NCBI RefSeq assembly: GCF_030028105.1
Contig: NC_092370.1
Span: 113,722,793-113,786,792 of the forward strand
Direction of reading: 5' to 3'
Origin: Mobula birostris
Taxonomy: Eukaryota
DNA: 64,000 bases
Numbering within the stretch: position 1 is the stretch's first letter; each line of letters begins with the position of its first letter. The translations under genes were made by a program, and so were the position numbers. The notes beneath the pieces are model-generated. The model did not search any database. It saw nothing but the letters and a program-made list of their open reading frames with translations, and was not told the origin of the DNA. Positions 25,395-35,230 of the stretch are shown here, piece after piece.

Positions 25395-26330
25395 TTGCAG
25401 AATTAAGCCATTCGGCCCATCGAGTCTGCTGCACATACGATCATGGCCGATTTATGATCCCCCTCAACCCCATTCTCCTCTTCTCCCCGAAACCGTTGAC
25501 ACTCTCATCAGTCAAGAACCCATCAACCTCCGCTTTAAATATACCCAATGTCGGCCTCCACAGCCGTCCCAGGCAATGAATTCCACAGATGCCCCACTCT
25601 CTGGCTAAAGAGATTCTTTCGCATCTCTGTAATAAAGGGACGTCCTTGTATTCTGAGGCTGTGCCCTCTGGTCCTAGACTCTCCCTCTATAGGAAACATC
25701 CTCTCCCCATCCACTCTGTCCAGACCTTTCAATATTCCATACGTTTCAATGAGATCTTCTCTCATTCTTCTAAACTCCAGTGAGTACAGACCCGGAGCCA
25801 TCAAATGTTCCTCACCCGTTAACCTTTTCATTTGCCTTTATTACTACATACACAACCAATTTAGTGATTCTTGACGTCCCTTCCCATCAGAGTACTTGCA
25901 CCTGCCGGTTACTGGCTGAAACAGCTCTTCCCGGTAATGTCTGCACAATCGATTCAGATGCCTCTTTCAGAATCCTGGAGTGTAGTCCAACTGGTCCAGG
26001 AGATTTATCTACCTTCAGACCTTTCAGCTTCCTAAGCACCATCTCCTTAATAATAGCAACTGCACTCACTTCCCCCTAAGACTCTCACATTTCTGGCATT
26101 CTGCTAGTGTCTTCCACAGTGAAGACTGATCCAAAATACTTAAGTTCATCTGTCATTCCTTTGTCCCAAATTACTGCCTCTCCAGCGTCATTTTCCAGTG
26201 GTCTGATAACTACTCTCGTCTCTCTTTTACTCTTTATATATCTGAAAAAAAAACCGTTTTGTATCTTCTTGCACGTCATTGGCTAACTTATCTTCATATT
26301 TAATCTTTCCCCTCCTTATGTTTTTTTTTA
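25395..26330 (-). mobile_element. CR1 fragments carrying a copied J-region segment
   Basis: ORFs 25535..25831 and 25887..26069 are CR1 ORF2 pieces. Confidence 0.85.
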
Positions 26331-26354
26331 GATACTTTCTGTTTTTTTTCTAAG

Positions 26355-26660
26355 GGGCCACAGTAGCGTAGTGGTTAGTGCGACGTCTTTACAGCTCGGG
26401 GCATTCCGCAGTTCGGAGTGCAACTCTAGCACCGTTCGGAAAGGATTCTCTGTGTGTCCTCCATATGGAATATATAGGTTTTCTCCAGATCCTCCAGTTT
26501 TCTCCAATAGTCCAAAGATCTACCAGGTAGATTAATTGGCCATTGTAAATTGTCCCGTGAGTAGGTTATAGCTAATTGGGTATGTCGGGGAATGCTGGGA
26601 CTGTGCAGCCCGAAGAACCGGAGGGGTCTATGCCGCGCTGTAATGCTAAATAAATAGATA
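26355..26660 (+). mobile_element. tRNA-derived SINE
   Basis: AGTAGCGTAGTGG A box, GTTCGGAG B-box-like, (taaa)n tail. Confidence 0.7.
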
Positions 26661-26859
26661 AATAAATAAAGCATACCAATCTTCTACCTTCCTACTATTT
26701 TTTGCTACATGTATTATAAACCATTTCTTTTCCTTTTAAGCTTCTTTAACTTCCTCTGTCAGCCATAGTTCCCCTCATTCTCCCTTTAGAATATCAAGCA
26801 ATACACATAAAAACTGCTGGTGAACGCAGCAGGCCAGGCAGCATCTCTAGGAAGAGGTA

Positions 26860-26897
26860 CAGTCGACGTTTCGGGCCGAGACCCTTCGTCAGGACTA
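26860..26897 (-). ncRNA. Minimal type I hammerhead ribozyme motif in the Penelope end
   Basis: TAGTC-CTGACGA-A-GGGT(CTCG)GCCC-GAA-ACGT-C-GACTG: stem I, core, stem II and palindromic stem III are all intact. Confidence 0.8.
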
Positions 26898-27573
26898 ACT
26901 GAAAGAAGAGCTAGTAAGAGATTTGAAAGTGGGAGGGGGAGGGGGGGATCCAGAATGATAGGAGAAGACAGGAGGGGGAGGGATGGAGCCAAGAGCTGGA
27001 AAGTTGATTGGCAAAAGGGATATGAGAGGATCATGGGTGGGAGGCCTAGGGAGAAAGAAAGGGGGAGGGGGGAAGCCCAGAGGATGGGCAAGGAGTATAG
27101 TGAGAGGGACAGAGGGAGAAAAAGGAGAGAGCGAAAAAAATAATAATAAATAGATAAATAACGGATGGGGTACGAGGGGGAGGTGGGGCATTAACGGAAG
27201 TTAGAGAAGTCAACGTTCATGCCATCAGGTTGGAGGCTACCCAGACGGAATATGAGGTGTTCCTCCAACCTGAGTGTGGCTTTATATTTACAGTAAAGGA
27301 GGCTGTGGACAGACATATCAGAATGGGAATGGGACGTGGAATTAAAATGTATGGCCACTGGGAGATCTTGCTTTTTCTGGCGGACAGAACATAGCTGTTC
27401 AGCGAAACGGTCTCCCAGCCTGCGTCGGGTCTCGCCAATATATAGAAGGCCACATCGGGAGCACCGGACGCAGTATATCACCCCAGCAGACTCACAGGTG
27501 AAGTGTCGCCTCACCTGGAAGGATTGTCTGGGCCCCTGAATGGTGGTGAGGGAGGAAGTGTAAGGGCATGTGT

Positions 27574-28362
27574 TGTCATAGGATGGACGCTGGGGACGGA
27601 CCCAAGTGCAAGACACAGACACTGAAGTACTAGGGACAGGACTAGGATACAGGGTGAGGGCTAGGACATGGACACGAAAACCAGGAACCCGGAACAGGAC
27701 TGGACAAGAGAGCTAGGAGCCCGGGCTTGGACTCCGAGCCAGAGACTGGACAAGGACCCAGTACCTGGGTCTTGCCTCTGGCTCGGACCCCAGATCTAGG
27801 CAAGGAAGTGACCTGGCTGGCAGGCAGGACGAGGCTGGAGACCTGAGGTGAAGCTTGAGACTAGAGACCTGAGGCGAGGCTTGAGACTAGAGACCTCCTG
27901 TGCAGGGCACGGAACTCCTGGGCAGGGCGGGGATCATCTGGGCAGGGCGCGGATCTCCACCCGACAGAGGCAAGGGACAGGAAGGGACAGAACCAACCGC
28001 AGGGTAACGGCAAGACGGCCTGACTTACCTGGTGGAGGCAAGGGACAGAAAGGGAGCTAGGTACAGGGTGGCTCCAAGACAAGACTACAGGCGAGGTGAG
28101 GGAAAGTTACCGCCAAGACAAGGCAGGGCTTCAGGTGAGGAAACAGAAGGCAGGGGAATGGATACAAGGAGTAAGGACAAGAACAATCCAGCAGCCACGC
28201 CCTGGTCTCTGGAGGTATTTATGCAGCCAGCCCCAAACAGAATCAGCTGCCTCAGTTAGTGCTCAACAGGATCAGAAACAGGGTAGACAGGAAAACCTGG
28301 AGCAAGGGTCGATGGACCGGACCGTGAACCGGAATGTGGACTTCACGGACCGGACCATGACA
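27574..28362. mobile_element. Solo LTR inserted in the Penelope element
   Basis: TGTCAT...ATGACA ends; near-perfect 5-bp TSD TGTGT/TATGT. Confidence 0.85.
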
Positions 28363-29616
28363 TATGTAGCACTTGTTCCACTTACAAAGATAAGTGCCGG
28401 GAGGGAGATCGGTTGGAAGGGATGGGGGGTGGGGACGAATGGACAAGGGAGTCGCGTAGGGAAAGATGTGCTTAGTGGTGGGATCCCGTTGGAGGTGGCG
28501 GAAGTTACAGAGAACTATATGTTGGACCTGGAGGCTGGTGGGGTGGTAGGTGAGGACAAGGGAAACCCTATTCCTAGTGGGGTGGCGGGAGGATGAGGTG
28601 AGAGCAGATATGCGTGAAATGGGAGAGATGCATTTGAGAACAGAGTTGATGGTGGAGGAAGGGAAGCCCCTTTCTTTAAAAAAGGAGGACCTGGAATGAA
28701 AAGCCTCATTCTGACAGCAGATGTGGTGGAGTTGGAGGAATTGCGAAAAAGGGACGGCATTTTTGCAAGAGACAGGGTGAGAACAGGAATAGTCCAGGTA
28801 GCTGTGAGAGTCCGTAGGCTTATAGTAGACATCAGTAGATAAGCTGTCTCCAGAGATAGAGATGGAAAGATCAAGAAAGGGGAGGGAGGTGTCAGAAATG
28901 GACCAGGTAAACTTGATGGCAGGGTGAAAGTTGGAGGCAAAGTTAATGAAGTCAACGAGCTCAGCATGGGTGCAGGAAGCAGTGCCAATGCAGTCATCGA
29001 TGTAGCGAAGAAAAAGTGGGGGACAGATACCAGTATAGGCTTGGAACATTGATTGTTCCACAAAGCCAACAAAAAGGCAGGCATAGCTGAGACCCATTAG
29101 GGTGCCCATGGCTACACTTTAGTTTGGAGGAAGTGGGAGGAGCCAAAGGAGTAATTATTAAGAGTAAGGACTAATAGTAAGGAGTAAGGACGTCCCATTC
29201 CCATTCTGATATGTCTATCCAGGGCGTCCTCTACTGTCAAGATGAATCCACACTCAGGTTGGAAGAACAACACCTCATATTCCGTCTGGGTAGCCTCCAA
29301 CCTGATGGCATGAACATTGACTCCTCTAACTTCCATTAATGTCCCACCTTCCCTTCGTACCCCATCCGTTATTTATCTATTTATTATTATTTTTTTTCTC
29401 TCTCTCCTTTTTCTCCCTCTGTCCCTCTCACTATACTCCTTGCCCCCTCTCCCCTTCTTTCTCTGTAGGCCTCCCATCCCATGATCCTCTCATATCCCTT
29501 TTGCCAATCACCTGTCCAGCTCTTGGCTCCATCCCTCCCCCTCCTGTCTTCTCCTATCTTTTCGGATCTCCCCTCCCCCTCCCACTTTCAAATTTCTTAC
29601 TGTCTTTTCTTTCAGT

Positions 29617-29654
29617 CAGTCCTGACGAAGGGTCTCGGCCCGAAATGTCGACTG
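29617..29654 (+). ncRNA. Minimal type I hammerhead ribozyme motif (second Penelope end)
   Basis: CAGTC-CTGACGA-AGGGTCTCGGCCC-GAA-ATGT-C-GACTG; ACGT changed to ATGT in stem III. Confidence 0.72.
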
Positions 29655-29759
29655 TACCTCTTCCTAGAGATGCTGCCTGGCCTGCTGCGTTCACCAGCAA
29701 TTTTTAAGTGTACTGCTTGAAATTCCAGCATCTGCAGATTTCCTCGTGTTTGCCCTTTA

Positions 29760-30815
29760 GAATATTTCCTCTTTGGGAGGCATCTATCCTGAATCTTCAG
29801 AACTGCCCAGCCATTGCTGTTCTGCCATCATCCCCGCTAGTGTCTCCTCCTAATCAACTTTATCCAGCTCCTCTCTCATGCCTCTGCAATTACCTTCACT
29901 CCACTGTAACACTGACATATCTGACTTTATTTTTTCCCTCTCAAACTGCAGGGCAGATTCTATCATATTATGATCACTGACTCTAAAGGACTCCTTTACT
30001 TTGAGCACTCTAATCATATCAGGTTCATTATACAACACCCAGTCTAGAATTGCCTTTCCTCCTTGTGGACTCAACCACAAGCTGCTCTAAAAAGCTATCT
30101 TGTGGGCATCTAAAAACTCAATCTCTTAGGATTCAGCTCCAACCTGATTTTACAGCCTACCCATGTATTGAAACCCCCCCGTGACTATCAAAACATTGCC
30201 CTTACCCCGTGCCTTTCTATCTCCCGTTGTAATTTGTATCCCACATCCTGGCTATGGTTCGAAGGCCTGTATATAACTCCCATCAGGGTCTTTTTACCTT
30301 TGCAGTTTCTTAACTCTACCCAGAAGGTGTCTACATCTTCCAATCCTATGTCATCTCGTCCTATCAAAAAATTCTAGCATTTTTATCAACAGAGCTATCC
30401 CAACCTCTCTGCCTACCTGTCTCTCCTTTTGATACAATATACATTCTTGGATGCTAAACTCCCAACTATGACCTTTCAGCCACCATAGAGTGATGCCCAC
30501 ATTACACTTGCCAATCTCCAACTGTGCTGCAAGATCATCGACCTCATTCTGTATATGATGTGCATTCAACTATAACGCTTCCAGTCCTGTATTTATCACC
30601 CATTTTGATTTTTCCCCAAATCTCCTGTTGGACCCCTAATTATCGAGTCTCCTATCACTATCACTCTACCTGAATTTACCCTTCCCTGCTGAGTCTCAGA
30701 GCTGGCCATACTGCCACTGGCCTGGCTGCTGCTCCTGTGCACTGATAGGTGATTCTCCCCCACACCCCACTGTAGTATCCAAAGGAATACTTGTTGCTGA
30801 GGGGGATCAACTGTA
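29760..30815 (-). mobile_element. CR1 endonuclease/5' fragments
   Basis: AILDWVLYNEPD, QLEIGK..VGIT motifs; 30600-30815 is paralogous to 62760-62950 and 48250-48400. Confidence 0.75.
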
Positions 30816-30819
30816 GAAG

Positions 30820-31870
30820 ATATGATAGAAACATAGAAAATAGGTGCAGGAGTAGGCCATTCGGCCCTTCGAGCCTGCACCGCCATTTATTATGATCATG
30901 GCTGATCATCCAACTCAGAACCCCGCCCCAGCCTTCCCTCCATACCCCCTGACCCCCGTAGCCACAAGGGCCATATCTAACTCCCTCTTAAATATAGCCA
31001 ATGAATTGGCCTCAACTGTTTCCTGTGGCAGAGAATTCCACAGATTCACCACTCTCTGTGTGAAGAAGTTTTTCCTAATCTCGGTCCTAAAAGGCTTCCC
31101 CTCTATCCTCAAACTGTGGCCCCTCGTTCTGGACTTCCCCAACATCAGGAACAATCTTCCTGCATCTAGCCTGTCCAATCCCTTTAGGATCTTATACGTT
31201 TCAATCAGATCCCCCCTCAATCTTCTAAATTCCAACGAGTACAAGCCCAGTTCATCCAGTCTTTCTTCATATGAAAGTCCTGCCATCCCAGGAATCAATC
31301 TGGTGAACCTTCTTTGTACTCCCTCTATGGCAAGGATGTCTTTCCTCAGATTAGGGGACCAAAACTGCACACAATACTCCAGGTGTGGTCTCACCAAGGC
31401 CTTGTACAACTGCAGTAGTACCTCCCTGCTCCTGTACTCAAATCCTCTCGCTATAAATGCCAGCATACCATTCGCCTTTTTCACCGCCTGCTGTACCTGC
31501 ATGCCCACTTTCAATGACTGGTGTATAATGACACCCAGGTCTCGTTGCACCTACCCTTTTCCTAATCGGCCACCATTCAGATAATAATCTGTTTTCCTAT
31601 TTTTGCCACCAAAGTGGATAACTTCACATTTATCCACATTAAATTGCATCTGCCATGAATTTGCCCACTCACCCAACCTATCCAAGTCACCCTGCATCCT
31701 CTTAGCATCCTCCTCACAGCAAACACTGCCACCCAGCTTCGTGTCATCCGCAAACTTGGAGATGCTGCATTTAATTCCTTCATCCAAGTCATTAATATAT
31801 ATTGTAAACAACTGGGGTCCCAGCACTGAGCCTTGCGGTACCCCACTAGTCACCACCTGCCATTCTGAAA
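30820..31870 (-). mobile_element. Young CR1 3' fragment found only in the V1 cassette
   Basis: ORFs 31551..31877 and 30915..31550 are nearly intact RT C-terminal sequence. The insertion is absent at the equivalent sites 48415 and 62970. Confidence 0.9.
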
Positions 31871-31874
31871 AGGT

Positions 31875-34130
31875 CAACCTATCCCGTTTAATAGTAGCTT
31901 TCTTTCAAATGATGGCAGTTTGCAAGGTGTGTACGTTCAGAGGGCCCGATGTGCCTTTGCACATTATTCACTAAAAGCTAGTATCAGACATAACAAGCTA
32001 TGAAGGAGATAAATCAAGCAGTTGGATATAACCTCCAGAGATTACATAAGCTCTCCAGCCTCTTCCCTCACTCCCTATACTCACAGTGCAAAACTTTTTC
32101 CCCGTTTCTACCTATATCATTGGTGTCAATGTACACCTCGGCCTTTATCTGCTCACCCTCCCTCTCCTGCAGCTGCTCTGTGATATCAACAAAGAGGTGG
32201 ACGAGGGAGGCAGATGAGCGACTATTGCTATAAGGGATTGTGTCGAGTGTACTGGGCCATTTTCAAGGACTCATCTATGGATCTGAATAAATACACCTAC
32301 ACCATGTAGGTTCAATGTACACCTACATCACGGACTTCAGAAAAACAGCTGTAGATAAGTGTCTCCCACAAAATCATTCAGAGTCTTCCCCCGCCAGAAG
32401 CCTTGTTCAAATCATGAAATCAGCAATTTGCTGAGGGTCAGATCAGAGGCATTCAAGTCTGGTGACCAAGGAAGTTACAAGAGGTCCTGGTACATTCTCT
32501 GGAAAGCTACGTCACGGGCAAAGTGGCAATGCCAGACTAGACCTGAATCAACGGAGAGTACTCAACAGTTGTGGCAGGGCTTGAATACTATCACCTTTTA
32601 TAAAGTAAAATCAAATGACATAAGTGACAACAGGACTCACTTCCAGATGAACGCAATGCCTTCTATGCTTGCTTTGACCGTCAAAACATGGAGGAATCAT
32701 CACAAACAACCACAGCGCCAGACGATCGAGTGATTTTAGTCTCTGAAGCTGATGTGCGAGCGGCCTTTAGGAGGATGAATCCATGAAAATCATCCAGCCC
32801 AGGCATGATACTTGGCCAAGTACTGTAGACCAGTGCTAATCAACTGGCTGGACTGTTCACTGATCTTTAACCTGTCTCTTTTGGCTGATGTACTCATCTG
32901 CTTCAATCAGACTTCACTTATTCTGGTGCCTCAGAAGAACATGGTAACCTGCCCCAATGAGTAAAGTCCAGTATCACTTACATCCACAGTGACGAAATGT
33001 TTTAAGAAATGAGTTTTTACCATGATATGTAAACATTTACATGACATTTTAACAGATCAACTCCTCCTAAGAAGCGAATTGGGTCTACTCCAATTTTCCC
33101 AGTGGCGCAACAGGTCCACAGCAGATGTCATCTCATTGGTTCATTACTCAACTCTGGACCATCTGCACAGCAAAGATGCATATATCAGGATGCTCTTTTC
33201 TGTGAATGCCAAGCTACAGGCATTCAACGCCATCACCCCCCTAGAACTCATTAATAATAAGTTTCAAGAACCTGGCTTCAATACCTCCTTGTGCAACGAG
33301 ATCTTCGATTTCTTCACTTGCAGATCCCAGTCAGTTCAGATTGGCAAGAACATATTCCCCACAATCTCCATCAGCACAGGTGCACCACAAGGCTGTGTGC
33401 TTATTCCACTGCTCTACTCACTTTACACATGACTGTGTGGCGAAGCACATCTCCAATGCCATATTCAATGTTTCTGATGACACCACTGTCATACGTCAAA
33501 TCAAGGGAGATGATGAATTAGCATATAGCAGGGAGATTAAAAATCTGACTGAGTCTAACAATCTCTATCTCAGTCACAGGAAGACCAAGGAGCTGGCTAT
33601 TGACTTCAGGAGGAGGAAATCAGGAGTCCATGAGCGAATTCTTGCTGGAGGTTAGAGGTGGAGAGGGTCAGCAACTTTAAATTTCTTGGTGCTATCATTT
33701 CAGAGGACCTGTCTTGGGCACAGCACGTAAGATCTATTTCAAAGAAAAAATGCAGTGCTTCTAATTCCTTCGGAGTTTGTGAAGATTTGGTATGACATTT
33801 AAAACTTTGACAAATTTCTATAATGCGTGATGAATAATGTATTGACTGGCTGCATCACAGCATAGTATGGAAGCATCAATACCCTTGAATGGAAAGCCTT
33901 CAAAAGCTACTGGATATGGCTCAGTCCATCACGCATAAAGCAACCCCACCACTGACAGCATCTACAAGAAGGGTTGTCATAGGAATGCAACATCCGTCAT
34001 CAGAGACACCCCCCCCCTCCTCCACATTGCAGATCATGCTCTCCTCTCTCTGCTCCCATCAGGAAGTACGGACAGGAGCTACACCACCAGGTTCAGGAAC
34101 AGGAGATTCCAGTAGAGATTTGAAACAATT
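31875..34130 (+). mobile_element. Rex1/Babar-type LINE fragment (cassette marker; copies at 48425-49700, 53830-55050, 62975-64000)
   Basis: STADVISLV..YIRMLF..GAPQGCVLIPLLYSLYT..SDDTT motifs; the paralogous copies share breakpoints. Confidence 0.85.
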
Positions 34131-34630
34131 TTAAGAACCATTGAGCTCTACAACACAGAATCAAGCCCTTGAGCCTAACTTGTCCTTACTAAGCAAGTTA
34201 CCGACGTAAACCAGTCCCGTTTACCTGCATTTAACCCGTATTTTTCTGAACCTTTCATATCCATGTAGATGTTCAAATGTCTTTAATTCTTTCGATGGTT
34301 CCTGCCACTAACTCTTCCTCTGGCAGCTTGTTGCCTGTACCCACCACCCTTTCCTTGAAGAACCGACCAGACAGGTCTCTTATAGATCTTTCCCCGCTCA
34401 CTTTAAAGCTATCCCCTCTAGTTTGGGCTCTCCTACCCTCGAGAAATATTTTTCCAACTCCTTATTCTCCAGCGAAAGGTGTAAATGAGTAGACTGTCGA
34501 TGAGGCTGATCGGGTAACTTTCGTGGAATTGGATAGAGTTCTTTATCCGAAGAAAGGTGATGGCATTTATGGCATAAGCTGCCAATTCGCTGAGTTGGAA
34601 ATGATTCGTGTGACCTCTACGCTGAGGAAG

Positions 34631-34669
34631 AGTTTTTGTCAGCGGCGCCTGTTAAATTTTAACTTTGTG
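34631..34669 (-). other. 23-bp-spacer RSS of V1
   Basis: CACAAAG - 23 - ACAAAAACT. Confidence 0.93.
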
Positions 34670-34969
34670 GGTCTATATAGGCACAGTAATAGGTGCCGGA
34701 ATCCTCTTTCTCGAGACGGGCCACAGTTAGAGTATACTGCTTTTGTCGATCTTTTCTCGCTGTAAATCTGTTATCAATTCCATCGTCGCGTACGTTGACC
34801 CCATTACTGTAATAGAGGATCATGACTGGGCGTTGCCCATCTGGCTGCCGGTACCAGTGGATTATGTCCGTGTTCACTGTGCCCAGATCGCATCTCATGA
34901 CGGCAGTTTTGCCCACGTTTTTGGTGATGGACATCGGAGACTGTATCAATTCAGCATCGAGATATCTGC
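34670..34969 (-). CDS. TRGV: TRG V gene 1 (J-proximal), V exon
   Basis: ccacag| acceptor. Reads ..RYLD-AELIQSPMSITKNVGKTAVMRCDLG..IHWYRQ..EDSGTYYCAYID, open, with the conserved Cys/Trp/Cys, followed by a 23-RSS. Confidence 0.96.
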
Positions 34970-35053
34970 CTGTGGAAACAGAAATCAAACTCAGAACATG
35001 TTGAAAAGCCTGAAGCAAACAGAGAGTGAATGGATGAAAATCAATCAACTAAC

Positions 35054-35093
35054 GGAGGAAAAGTATCACAAAAGCCACACAACCCAGCCGCAT
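35054..35093 (-). CDS. TRGV: TRG V1 leader exon
   Basis: ATG..MRLGCVAFVILFL + 1 nt, |gttag donor, 84-nt intron, phase-compatible with the V exon. Confidence 0.92.
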
Positions 35094-35099
35094 GGTGTT

Positions 35100-35230
35100 T
35101 GTCGAGTTGTGACCGTATTTGACACGGATTTAGACGTGGTCTGGCTAGTTATAAATAACAGCACGCTTCACGTCCCACTTTCTCTCAACGTGTCACAGAC
35201 CACGCCTTCCAACCCTATTTGAAAACCACA
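35100..35230 (-). promoter_or_regulatory. V promoter block conserved in all three V genes
   Basis: TATTTATA about 55 nt upstream of the ATG (35157-35150) and ACGT-core CRE/E-box-like sites. The same block lies at about 47812-47940 and 56168-56295. ACCACA (RUNX) at about 35225 is present in V1 only. Confidence 0.6.

Larger units (their letters stand above)
26790..29751 (-). mobile_element. Penelope-like element (RT + GIY-YIG) with an inverted copy of its 3' end
   Basis: ORF 28252..29109 (RT, YIDD) and ORF 27191..27622 (GIY-YIG: VIYC..LLYIGET). 29190-29751 is an inverted copy of about 26790-27340. Confidence 0.92.

Noticed and set aside
25200-34630. D segments (as in TRB/TRD or NAR-TCR)
   Set aside because: No paired RSS was seen. 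V-23 / J-12 allows direct V-J joining, consistent with TRG.
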